A DNA stretch of 45,372 bases from an uncultured Candidatus Saccharibacteria bacterium. Lineage in GTDB: Bacteria; Patescibacteriota; Doudnabacteria; UBA920. The notes beneath the pieces were generated by a model. It saw nothing but the letters and a program-made list of their open reading frames with translations, did not search any database and had not been told where the DNA came from. The stretch spans positions 108,966 to 154,337 of the forward strand of contig CAYYQK010000003.1 of the NCBI GenBank assembly GCA_964473815.1, read 5' to 3'. Position 1 is the first letter of the stretch, and every line of letters begins with the position of its first letter. This document shows, piece by piece, positions 1 to 9,295 of this stretch. The position numbers were made by a program, and so were the translations under genes.

Positions 1-1023
1 TAAACCATTTGCCAAATCACCCTCGTATCGCGTGCGCAACTTTTCTTCACTAACATCACCATGGGAATCAAACGGTACTTCACGCAGCAAGAAATAACGC
101 ACAGCGTCAGTGCCGTACTTTTCTATCCAGTCATTAGGATCAATAATATTTCCAGTGGACTTAGAAATTTTTTGATTATTTAAAGTCAAAAATCCATGCA
201 CTGCTACTCCCTTTGGCATTTCAATGCCTGCTGCAAGCAACAACGCTGGCCAAATGATGCAATGGAACTTGGCAATATCCGGACCAATCAAATGAATATC
301 AGCAGGCCAAAAACCGTCTGCGCCAGAATAATAATTTATCAATGCATCAACCCAAACGTAAATAGTTTGCTCTTTGTCCCATGGCACCGGAATCCCCCAC
401 TTCACGTTAGGACGGGTTACCGCAATATCGCGGAAACCTTCATCCAACATAGACAAAATTTCCTTACGTGAATGCTCAGGATAAATTTTAAATTCTCCTG
501 ATTCAATCTTTTCTTTAATTTGTGCAGTGAATTCCGAAACTTTAAAAAACCAATTTTTTTCTTTAATTACTTCAGGCTTTGTTTTGTGTTCTGGACACAA
601 ACCATCAACCAAATCTTTTTCAGTGATGAACGCCTCATGACCCACACAATACAATCCTTCATAATCTGCTTCGTATAAATAGCCGTTATCTTTAATTTTG
701 GTAATCAATTCTTCAACTACTTTAATATGATCTGAATCGGTTGTGCGAATGAAGCGATCGTAAGACAAATTTAGATTATCCCATGCGAGTTTAAACCCTG
801 CAGAATTTTCATCAGCGAACTTTTCAATTGGTAAACCAGATTTTTCGGCATACTCGGCGATCTTGGCGCCATGTTCATCAGTGCCAGTCAAAAACCGTAC
901 TTCGTCCCCTTGGGCGCGATGAAAACGCGCCAGCACATCTGCTGCCACTTTTTCGTAGGAATGCCCAATATGAGGCTTCCCATTGATGTAATCAATAGCG
1001 GTTGTGATGTAGAATTTGTTCAT
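1..1023 (-). CDS. metG: Methionyl-tRNA synthetase, N-terminal part (runs off the window's left edge; absent from the ORF track)
   Basis: Manual translation from ATG at 1023: MNKFYITTAIDYINGKPHIGHSYEKVAADVLARFHR...FLTGTDEHG; HIGH and GTDEHG motifs of MetRS. Confidence 0.95.
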   Translation of the reverse strand, partial: MNKFYITTAIDYINGKPHIGHSYEKVAADVLARFHRAQGDEVRFLTGTDEHGAKIAEYAEKSGLPIEKFADENSAGFKLAWDNLNLSYDRFIRTTDSDHIKVVEELITKIKDNGYLYEADYEGLYCVGHEAFITEKDLVDGLCPEHKTKPEVIKEKNWFFKVSEFTAQIKEKIESGEFKIYPEHSRKEILSMLDEGFRDIAVTRPNVKWGIPVPWDKEQTIYVWVDALINYYSGADGFWPADIHLIGPDIAKFHCIIWPALLLAAGIEMPKGVAVHGFLTLNNQKISKSTGNIIDPNDWIEKYGTDAVRYFLLREVPFDSHGDVSEEKLRTRYEGDLANGL

Positions 1024-1113
1024 TTTAGTATGTTAATTATAGCGGTTTCTAATATTTCTTCAAAGTTGTAAAATGATGGGCGCTTCTGAAGAAACACCCA
1101 CCACAGCCGATAT

Positions 1114-1713
1114 TTAAGCCTCGACCCAAGCTTCGTTAACCTCTTTCAAATCTTTCGAATATCTTTTCCAGATCGGATCGAAATCTCTTCTCAGGATTCC
1201 GAATAAAATCTGGTCAAAATATTTTCCATGACGAAAGTGATATTCCCTACGCACCCCCTCTTCCTTGTAGCCGCATTTTAATAAACAGCCGGCGCTGCGT
1301 TTGTTAAACGCAACAACAGATGAATCAATGCGGTGTAAATTCAGAAAATGAAATGCGTAATGCAGAACTTGCATCTTAGCGTCATAGCCATAACCTTTTC
1401 CCCAAAATTCTTTGTTAGCAATTAGGGCACCAGTGGTGGCTATTCGGGTTTGCCAATTGATATTGTACAAACCCATCAGACCAAGGAAGTTCTGTGAAGA
1501 TTTTTCACAAATAGCAAAGACGATGTCTTTTCCATCTTTGCCCAGATTTTCTAAATATTCCCGCTCACTCGCCGCGGTAATGGGAGGCCGCGCCAATATG
1601 AATTGGGAAATGGACACATCATTGACTGCGGGCCATAAAAGCTCGAAGTCAGTTTCGGGGTTAACGGGTCTCAAAACGGTTTTGATACCCTCCATACAAA
1701 TTACGCTACTCAT
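1114..1713 (-). CDS. GNAT family N-acetyltransferase (RimJ/RimL-like)
   Basis: VLRP start, FWGKGYG acetyl-CoA loop, N..S...L.KCGYKEEGV.R pattern. Confidence 0.85.
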   Translation of the reverse strand: MSSVICMEGIKTVLRPVNPETDFELLWPAVNDVSISQFILARPPITAASEREYLENLGKDGKDIVFAICEKSSQNFLGLMGLYNINWQTRIATTGALIANKEFWGKGYGYDAKMQVLHYAFHFLNLHRIDSSVVAFNKRSAGCLLKCGYKEEGVRREYHFRHGKYFDQILFGILRRDFDPIWKRYSKDLKEVNEAWVEA

Positions 1714-1765
1714 AGTTTTCTCTCCTGTTACTTTTCGAATTTAGATAACGTTAATTTTTTGTAAC

Positions 1766-1792
1766 AAAAAACCTCGGTTATCTAACCGAGGT
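1766..1792 (-). terminator. Intrinsic terminator-like hairpin
   Basis: Perfect 10-bp inverted repeat acctcggtta/taaccgaggt followed on the minus strand by a T run. Confidence 0.65.
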
Positions 1793-1979
1793 CGTGTTAA
1801 AGTTTTGATAAAATTTCTTTAAAATCTTTCTAAAATTTCACATAAACACTGCCATGGTCAGACAACGAAAAAACGCCCATCAACACTGAAGGGTTGGTAT
1901 TTCCGATGTGATTTTGACAGTATTTTACTTTCATATTTTAATTATGACTTATTTAAGCACAGTTGTCAAATTTACCCAT

Positions 1980-3020
1980 TTAAACATCTACTTGATCTAA
2001 TTGCGGCGGGGTGCCAGTATGCCCTTTCTCATGGAAAAGTTCGGCAATTACGACAGTGACTGCCCCGGCCAAAGGCACTGCAAGGAGTAGCCCTAAAATA
2101 CCAGCCAGCTTGAATCCAACTAGCAAGGCCAAAATAACCACCAAAGGTGATGTTCCAACAGTCTTTTCCATTATCTTTGGCACTAACACATAGCCTTCTG
2201 TTTTCTGAATCACAATGTACATGACAATAACCCCAATCACTAAAGCCGGACTTTGAATTAACGCAAAGAAAATTGCAGGTATTGCGGACAGGAAAGGTCC
2301 CACATATGGCACCACTTCCAGTAACCCTGCAATAATTGCTAAGAACAAGGCATATTTAATTCCCAGAATCGACAGGCCGATATATGTTAAAGCAAAAATA
2401 AAGATACTAAGAATCAACTGGCCTACAACCCACAATCCCATTTTGCGTTGTACCTTTTGAATTAAAGTCATCACAACTTTTTGTTGAGCGGTTGGCACAA
2501 TATCATGGATAAAATGCTTCATGCCACGATCAGCTGCCACTAAGTAAAACGAAATAACTAACACAGAAATTACTGCAAACAATCCGTTAAAGAATCCGAC
2601 CGTGCGACTGAATAGTGCATCTGTGCCACCGCCGCCAGCAAATAAGGTTTTGACAATGCTTCCAAGGTCCGCGCCACCGATCATACTAGAAAGTCCAGGA
2701 TAGCGTGCCTGAAAATCAGCAGTGTACTGCGGCAAGTTATCTTTTAACACTTGAAATTGATCGACAACTAATGGCGCCATCAAACTGATGATCAGAACAA
2801 CAAGGCCAATTAATATAATGTAAACGCCGAGTACGCTAACAGTACGGGGAATTTTATGCCGACTTAACCAGTCCACCACGGGTTCTAAAGCTGAGGACAA
2901 AACTAAGGCCAATAAAATAATTACCACGATGTCGCGTACCACCCACAAAAACGCCAGGACCAAGGCCACACCTGCCACGCGTAAAATTACTTTTGTCGAA
3001 TAATCCAGTTCAAAATTCAT
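1980..3020 (-). CDS. AI-2E family (PerM-like) transporter
   Basis: Multi-TM protein with L.P.V..L, VPYVGP and P..M..TVG.SPL.VILALL.G..L.G..G.LLAVP motifs. Confidence 0.9.
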   Translation of the reverse strand: MNFELDYSTKVILRVAGVALVLAFLWVVRDIVVIILLALVLSSALEPVVDWLSRHKIPRTVSVLGVYIILIGLVVLIISLMAPLVVDQFQVLKDNLPQYTADFQARYPGLSSMIGGADLGSIVKTLFAGGGGTDALFSRTVGFFNGLFAVISVLVISFYLVAADRGMKHFIHDIVPTAQQKVVMTLIQKVQRKMGLWVVGQLILSIFIFALTYIGLSILGIKYALFLAIIAGLLEVVPYVGPFLSAIPAIFFALIQSPALVIGVIVMYIVIQKTEGYVLVPKIMEKTVGTSPLVVILALLVGFKLAGILGLLLAVPLAGAVTVVIAELFHEKGHTGTPPQLDQVDV

Positions 3021-3061
3021 ATGCTAAGTATAGCTAATTTTCTGGAAACTAAAAACCCAGC

Positions 3062-3289
3062 CTAAGCTGGATTTTGAGTTTGTAAATCTTCTTCTTCCAA
3101 AGCTTTTTGGGCTTCTTCAATTTGAATATCAAGTCGTTTAATACCTTCTAAACAATAAGCTTTAATCTGTTCACGTAAGAAGTCAGTTAATCCTTCGGTC
3201 TGTAAATCCCGAATTAAAATGTCTTTAATAGTTTGATCCAAATCAGATTGCTGAATTAGATTAACTACCTTTTGAATTTTTTCGTCCAT
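3062..3289 (-). CDS. Small helical hypothetical protein
   Basis: 75-aa ORF filling the gap between co-oriented genes. Confidence 0.7.
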   Translation of the reverse strand: MDEKIQKVVNLIQQSDLDQTIKDILIRDLQTEGLTDFLREQIKAYCLEGIKRLDIQIEEAQKALEEEDLQTQNPA

Positions 3290-3457
3290 ATTATTGTTCC
3301 TGTTCTACTGCGTTATGAATTCTCAAGGCTTTAATTGCACGTTCAAGATCGATTGCTTTATCACCGGTCTTTTCTATAATCGTACCGGCGTACATCTCTG
3401 GGTTCGATTCCAATTGCTGCCCGGATTGGGTTTCTTGAGTTTCCATTTTTTATACCT

Positions 3458-4432
3458 TTATTTCCAGGCCTTGTCTCGCAGGGCCTTGAGTTTTTTAATA
3501 TCTGATTCAACTTTATCATGGTCGGTTTCCAAGATCAAGGGCAGGTCGAGTTTTTTCTGTTTGAAATAAGCAAAGATTGCAGAAAAACCTTTTTCGCCAA
3601 TCTCACCGTCGCCGATATGCTCGTGACGGTCCTTGTGAGAGGCAAATTCGACTTTAGAATCGTTGATATGACTCATACGCAACCACTTTAGACCAATAAC
3701 TTTATCAAACTTCGTGAAAGTTTCTTTGACTTTCTCGGGGCTGCGCAGGTCGTAACCACTACCAAATGCGTGTTGAGTGTCGAAGCAGACGCCGCCAAAG
3801 CCTTTTGTTTTTAACACTGGCGACATCAGTTCGGCAATTTCTTCAAAAGTGTCACCAATAACTTCGCCAGAGCCTGCAGAAATTTCTATTAGTAGTTCAG
3901 TAGTGCCTTTGTAGCCATCTAAGATTTTTTTCATAGCGCTTTGGGCTTGCTTCATTCCCTCTTTTTCGCCTAAGTCTTTAAAACTTCCCGGATGGAACAT
4001 CACGAACTTTGCACCTAGCTGAGAACCGCGTTCAAGATCAGTACGAATTAAATTAATGCTTCCGTGGAAAGTGGTTTTTTTCCCTGAGCCTAAATTTAAA
4101 ATATACGGCGCATGAATTACTAAAGTTTTTATTCCCGATGCTTCCAGTGCTTGTTTAAATTCATCTTCAAGTTCTTTGGTAATTGGTGCAGCTGCTCCGC
4201 CCTGAGGACTGCGCGAAAAAATTTGCATTGTTTCGCAATTTAAGAGCGCCGCGCGACCGGGTGCGTTTTGCAAACCCCCTGCTATAGAAACATGACAACC
4301 AATTAACGGTTTGCCTTTACTTGGCAAAGTTACTTTGGGAATTTCGTTGGGATCCGAAATTGTTGCAGCAGAAAGTTTGCTTTTTTTTAATTTAGCGGGT
4401 TCTTTAATTACAGTTGTCTTTTTAACTGGCAT
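3458..4432 (-). CDS. nfo: Endonuclease IV (AP endonuclease); start moved to ATG 4432 to avoid overlap with the upstream gene
   Basis: IGCHVSIAGG, HAPY, FHPGS, GVCFDTQH, HINDSK and DRHEHIG.G.IG motifs. Confidence 0.93.
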   Translation of the reverse strand: MPVKKTTVIKEPAKLKKSKLSAATISDPNEIPKVTLPSKGKPLIGCHVSIAGGLQNAPGRAALLNCETMQIFSRSPQGGAAAPITKELEDEFKQALEASGIKTLVIHAPYILNLGSGKKTTFHGSINLIRTDLERGSQLGAKFVMFHPGSFKDLGEKEGMKQAQSAMKKILDGYKGTTELLIEISAGSGEVIGDTFEEIAELMSPVLKTKGFGGVCFDTQHAFGSGYDLRSPEKVKETFTKFDKVIGLKWLRMSHINDSKVEFASHKDRHEHIGDGEIGEKGFSAIFAYFKQKKLDLPLILETDHDKVESDIKKLKALRDKAWK

Positions 4433-4433
4433 T

Positions 4434-5705
4434 TTAAAATTTGCTAATGATGTTTTTGAATACTTTGTCGCTTTTGTATGGTCCAATTATAGCAAGGTTT
4501 GCTTTTTGCGGTTTGAACAAATCTTCAGCTACATCTCGCACTTGTTTTGCCGTGACCGCATCAATCTCTTTAAAAGCTTCTTGCGGAGTCTTTGTTGATT
4601 TTTTAAATGCGACTTGTTCCAAATACCAGTCGAGTCGCGCTTGATTGTCTTCTAAGTAAAGTGTTGTCCGTCCTTTTAAGTATGCCTTTGCTTTTCCCAG
4701 TTCACGTTCTGTAACTGGAATAGAACGGATGTCTTTTAATATTTCAAGTGTAACTTTCAAAGCTTCTTCGATGCTACTGATGCGAACGCCGGCACTAATA
4801 TCGAATGACCCAACATCCTGGTACGACCCACTGCCTGCGCGTACATAGTAGGCTAAGCCGCGGCGTTCGCGGATTTCATTGAACAAACGACTAGACATAC
4901 CTCCACCCAAAATTGCGGCAAGTACTGTAGCGGCGGCATTGCGCTTATCCTCTACCGAATAAGCCTTAAATCCCAGGTCAAAATTAGCCTGCTGGATTTT
5001 TCGGAACTCAACTTTAACTTGTGGTTCTTTCTGGGCGCCTGTATAGCGTGGCCATTTGTCCCACTTTTTAGCTGGCAATTTGCTCCAGAATTTAGTAATC
5101 AACCTATTTAACGCAGCGCGATCGTACTTCCCAGAAATTCCAAGAATTATATTGCCAGGCTGGTAATTGCGAGCCATGTAACTGGCAAACATCTTCTGAT
5201 TGAATTTAGTGACTACTGGTGGAGTGCCAGCAATGTCACGCGCCAAAGGATCGCGACCCCACATAATTTCTTCTAATATATTGGAAACCCGGGCACGAGG
5301 ATTGTCGTGATACATATTGATCTCCTCTACTATTACACCTTTCTCGCGTTCCATTTCGGCTTTGTCCAAGAGTGGATTCTGCAACATGTCTGTAAGTACT
5401 TCAAAAATTACCGGTAAGTGAGTGTGACGCGCTTTGATATAGTACTGAGTGTGTTCCTTCCCTGTATTAGCATTCATTTCACCACCAATACCATCAATCA
5501 TTTCTGTAATTTCCATTGCTGTAGGATATTTTTTCGTACCTTTAAATAAGAAATGCTCCAGAAAATGCGAGATACCATTTTCTTTGGCTGTCTCTGAACG
5601 CGAACCTGTTTTTACAAAAAAATCTACAACCACGCTTTCGGCGTCGTTGCTTGGTACTTCGATAACTGTTAATCCATTTTTTAGAACTCTTTTATGATAC
5701 TTCAT
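4434..5705 (-). CDS. M16 family zinc peptidase (insulinase-like)
   Basis: GISHFLEHFLFKGT (HxxEH), GG..NA.T, LGGGMSSRLF.E.RE.RGLAY. Confidence 0.92.
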   Translation of the reverse strand: MKYHKRVLKNGLTVIEVPSNDAESVVVDFFVKTGSRSETAKENGISHFLEHFLFKGTKKYPTAMEITEMIDGIGGEMNANTGKEHTQYYIKARHTHLPVIFEVLTDMLQNPLLDKAEMEREKGVIVEEINMYHDNPRARVSNILEEIMWGRDPLARDIAGTPPVVTKFNQKMFASYMARNYQPGNIILGISGKYDRAALNRLITKFWSKLPAKKWDKWPRYTGAQKEPQVKVEFRKIQQANFDLGFKAYSVEDKRNAAATVLAAILGGGMSSRLFNEIRERRGLAYYVRAGSGSYQDVGSFDISAGVRISSIEEALKVTLEILKDIRSIPVTERELGKAKAYLKGRTTLYLEDNQARLDWYLEQVAFKKSTKTPQEAFKEIDAVTAKQVRDVAEDLFKPQKANLAIIGPYKSDKVFKNIISKF

Positions 5706-5711
5706 TTAAAA

Positions 5712-6746
5712 CTATTTAATGATCATGTCCTCAAATTTTGTAGATACACGAGCAAAGTAATTTGCCTTACCTTCTTTTAAATAAACCAAATCTTCTATTC
5801 TGATGCCACCAACTTTTGGAATATAAATTCCGGGTTCGATACTGAATACCATTTTGTTCTGTAAAATATCTTTGGAGCGTTCGTGAAGACTTGGGCCTTC
5901 GTGCACATCGATGCCAGTGCCGTGACCCAAATTGTGAATAAAATATTCACCATAACCTTTTTTGTCTATATATTCACGCGCTATCAAATCAACTTCGCTT
6001 GCTTCTCTATTATTTGTCACCCTTGCTACAGCCAAGTGATAAGCCTTTTCTGCAACGCGGTACATATCTTCTAACTCATCCGTTGCCTCTTTAAGAAATA
6101 CTGTTCTGGTAAAGTCACTGCAATAACCATCAACTTTAAAGCCAAAATCTAAGATTATACTTTCTTTTGGCTTGAGAATTTTATCGGTCGGTAAATGGTG
6201 CGGGATCGCGGCATTTGCTCCGCTGGCCACAATAGTTGGGAATGATTCATCGTGCGCGCCAAGCTTAATGCCGGCCATGCGAATGAATTGCGCCAATTCT
6301 TTTTCTGATTTCTGCGTCTGCTTTGCCAACTCTTTTTTAACTTGCGCAAAAACTTTTACAGTAATGTCGTATGCTTCCTTCATTGAAGCAAGTTCGTAAC
6401 CATCTTTTAATAAGCGTCTAACAGTGACTGGGCTATCTATTGGTTTTAACTTTATACCTTTAGTATAATTTTTTAAAATATCCAACCAAGACAAACGAAT
6501 ATTTTTGTCGATCTCTATGGTCTTGTAACGGCCAATATATTTTCCGAGATTACTAAGAGTATCGGTTTTAAGGCCATTGATTTGTTCAAGATGGCCTCCA
6601 AACAATACTACATCTTTATTAGAAATAAATAAAAATCCGCCATCAATCAAAAAACGACCTGTTAAATACAACAAGTCTTGCGGATTCGTAATGATAACAG
6701 GAGTCTTCAGATCAATTTGGAGTTTTGTGATACGAGCGTGTGCCAT
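5712..6746 (-). CDS. Xaa-Pro aminopeptidase (M24B)
   Basis: IVASG.N.A.PH, DFG...GYCSDFTRT, HNLGHG.G..VHE.P, FSIEPGIY, GGIRIED. Confidence 0.92.
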   Translation of the reverse strand: MAHARITKLQIDLKTPVIITNPQDLLYLTGRFLIDGGFLFISNKDVVLFGGHLEQINGLKTDTLSNLGKYIGRYKTIEIDKNIRLSWLDILKNYTKGIKLKPIDSPVTVRRLLKDGYELASMKEAYDITVKVFAQVKKELAKQTQKSEKELAQFIRMAGIKLGAHDESFPTIVASGANAAIPHHLPTDKILKPKESIILDFGFKVDGYCSDFTRTVFLKEATDELEDMYRVAEKAYHLAVARVTNNREASEVDLIAREYIDKKGYGEYFIHNLGHGTGIDVHEGPSLHERSKDILQNKMVFSIEPGIYIPKVGGIRIEDLVYLKEGKANYFARVSTKFEDMIIK

Positions 6747-6749
6747 GAC

Positions 6750-8117
6750 CTAACTGTAAATTTTAGAATGTAAGTAGTTTTGTAATTCAGAAATTTTTAC
6801 GCGTTCTTGCTCGGTTGTGTCGCGGTGACGAACAGTCACGCTTTGATCTTCAAGGGTGTCGAAGTCTACGGTAATACCAAATGGCGTACCAATTTCGTCT
6901 TGGCTGTAGTAACGCTTGCCCACATTACCACGGTCATCCCAGGCTACAGAAAAATGCTTGGAAAGTTCTGTGTAAATTTCTTTAGCTTTGTCGACAAGTT
7001 CAGGTTTATTTTTGAGCAATGGAAAAACAGCCACTTTGTAAGGGGCCAATTTCGGAGGCAAGGCGAGCCAAACGCGCTTACTGTCACCACTATCATTTTC
7101 TGGGGCTTCTTCACGGTAAGCGGACAATAATACTGCTAACAAGGAACGATCAACACCCCAAGTTGGTTCAATCACATGGGGAACATATTTTTCGTTTGTT
7201 TGCGGATCTAAGTACGACATGTCTTCACCGCTCGCTTTAATATGATTTTGTAAATCAAAATCACCCCGGTATGCCAGCCCATATAGCTCTTTCGTTCCAA
7301 AAGGATAATCAAACTCAAAATCTAAAGTGCGTTTGCTGTAATGAGCCCGGTCCTCTTCTGGAACTTCAAGCTCGTGAACTGCATCCATATTAAGTTGCAA
7401 GTCGTCTCGCATCCAGGCAATCATTTCTTCTTTCCATTCTTCAAAGTACTTGTTCCACTCAGCATCAGTTTTTGGAACAGGAATGAAATATTCAATTTCC
7501 ATTTGTTCAAACTCGCGAGTTCGGAAAATAAAATTCCCAGGGGTGATTTCATTGCGAAACGCTTTTCCAATTTGCGCTATCCCAAATGGAATTTGTTTGC
7601 GAGAAGTAATTTGTACATTTTTAAACTGCACAAACATTGCTTGCGCTGTTTCTGGGCGGAAGTAAGCAACATTAGCAGCTTCTTCTGCCGGGCCCAAAAA
7701 AGTTTTTAACATCAAGTTAAACATTTTTGGTTCACTAAAGCCATCAGTTTTTTTGCAGTTGCTACATGCGGCAGATAAATCAATTTGGTCAGCACGGAAG
7801 CGCGCATGGCAAGCTTTGCACTCAACAAGAGGATCAGAAAAAGTTGCAACATGACCAGAAGCTTCCCAAACTTTTGGATTCATTATTAAAGCAGCATCGA
7901 TACCAACCATATCTGGTCTGCCTTGAACGAAACGCTTCCACCAAAGTTGCTTAATATTATTTTTTAATTCAGTACCTAAAGGACCGTAGTCCCAAGAGTT
8001 TGCAAGACCGCCATAAATTTCTGAACCAGGGTACACAAAACCACGCCGCTTTGCCAGCGACACAATTTTTTCCATTGCCTCAGGATGGTTTTTCTGTGTA
8101 TTTTTCTCGTTAGACAT
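6750..8117 (-). CDS. glyQS: Glycyl-tRNA synthetase, alpha2 (archaeal/eukaryote-like) type
   Basis: KRRGF..PGSEIYGG, RPETAQ, QIGKAFRNEITP..FIFRTREFEQME, IEP..G.DR, anticodon-binding domain. Confidence 0.96.
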   Translation of the reverse strand: MSNEKNTQKNHPEAMEKIVSLAKRRGFVYPGSEIYGGLANSWDYGPLGTELKNNIKQLWWKRFVQGRPDMVGIDAALIMNPKVWEASGHVATFSDPLVECKACHARFRADQIDLSAACSNCKKTDGFSEPKMFNLMLKTFLGPAEEAANVAYFRPETAQAMFVQFKNVQITSRKQIPFGIAQIGKAFRNEITPGNFIFRTREFEQMEIEYFIPVPKTDAEWNKYFEEWKEEMIAWMRDDLQLNMDAVHELEVPEEDRAHYSKRTLDFEFDYPFGTKELYGLAYRGDFDLQNHIKASGEDMSYLDPQTNEKYVPHVIEPTWGVDRSLLAVLLSAYREEAPENDSGDSKRVWLALPPKLAPYKVAVFPLLKNKPELVDKAKEIYTELSKHFSVAWDDRGNVGKRYYSQDEIGTPFGITVDFDTLEDQSVTVRHRDTTEQERVKISELQNYLHSKIYS

Positions 8118-8132
8118 AAGAAAATTATACCA

Positions 8133-9290
8133 TTATTTGGTTAAATCCTTAAAATCTGCCAGGAATTGCGGGAAAAAATCATACTGAATGGCATTCCGAA
8201 CTTTTTCCATTAAATTCAAATAGTAGCGCAGGTTGTGCATGGTGGTCAGGCGCTCGCCCAAACTCTCCCCTGCTTTCAACAGATGATTGATGTACGCACG
8301 GGTATGATTAACACACGCATAACAATTACAAGTCGAGTCTATTGGAGTAAAGTCTTCGGCGTACTTTGAAAGTCTGATATCAATGGTTTCGTATCCTTCT
8401 TTTCCTTCTTCATCACGCGCATTTATATATAGACGACCATGTCGAGCCTCGCGCGTCGGGATAACGCAATCAAAAGTATCACACCCCCGTGCGACTGCCT
8501 GAATAATATTGTATGGAGTACCAACACCAAGTAAATGTTTCGGTGCTGTTTCTGGTAAGTGCGGAATCGCGTATTCAACGGCTTTCATCATTTCGTCGTG
8601 TGGTTCGCCGACAGCAACGCCGCCAATTGCAAAACCTTCGAAACCAAGTTCAACCATATTTTCCGCCGACTGCTTTCGCAAATCTTCAAAGCTCGCACCT
8701 TGAACAATCCCCCACAACTTTTGTCCGGGGTTCACGGGATCGCCGTGTTCCATAATTCGTGCATGCTCTGCAACCGCGCGCTCAGCCCAACGCTTGGTTA
8801 ATTCAATGGACTGCTTGCTGCGTTCGTATTCAAACGGGAAACCCGGAAAGTCATCTAAGATTAAGCAGATGTCGCTACCTAAGTTTGCCTGAATATCAAT
8901 AGATTTTTCTGGTGATAAAATTTCTTGCTTGCCGTCTAAATCAAATTGGAACAACACACCAGCTTCCAAAACTTTTCGCATTTTAGACAAAGAGTAAACC
9001 TGAAAGCCACCAGAGTCTGTAAAGATCGGTCCTTTCCAGTTCATGAATTTGTGTAAACCGCCCGCTTTGTAAATTAAGGCATCCCCGGGACGTTGCCACA
9101 AATGGTAAGTGTTGGCCAACACCATTGATGCACCCCAAAATTTGATCTCTTCACTAGTTACTGTTTTGATTGTCCCCTTGGTACCAATAGGCAAAAACTG
9201 CGGTGTGTTAACATCGCCGTGCGCAGTGTGAATAATCCCGGTTCGCGCTCGCGAACCAGGATCTTTTTTTAGGATTTCGAAGTATTCCAT
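8133..9290 (-). CDS. tgt: Queuine tRNA-ribosyltransferase
   Basis: TDSGGFQV, GIVQG, GGVAVG, HLLGVG, FDCV.PTR.ARHG, C.C..C zinc site. Confidence 0.96.
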   Translation of the reverse strand: MEYFEILKKDPGSRARTGIIHTAHGDVNTPQFLPIGTKGTIKTVTSEEIKFWGASMVLANTYHLWQRPGDALIYKAGGLHKFMNWKGPIFTDSGGFQVYSLSKMRKVLEAGVLFQFDLDGKQEILSPEKSIDIQANLGSDICLILDDFPGFPFEYERSKQSIELTKRWAERAVAEHARIMEHGDPVNPGQKLWGIVQGASFEDLRKQSAENMVELGFEGFAIGGVAVGEPHDEMMKAVEYAIPHLPETAPKHLLGVGTPYNIIQAVARGCDTFDCVIPTREARHGRLYINARDEEGKEGYETIDIRLSKYAEDFTPIDSTCNCYACVNHTRAYINHLLKAGESLGERLTTMHNLRYYLNLMEKVRNAIQYDFFPQFLADFKDLTK

Positions 9291-9295
9291 TTAAT

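Noticed and set aside
1860-1934. 25-codon minus-strand ORF between the GNAT and AI-2E genes
   Set aside because: Too short, with no SD or motif support.
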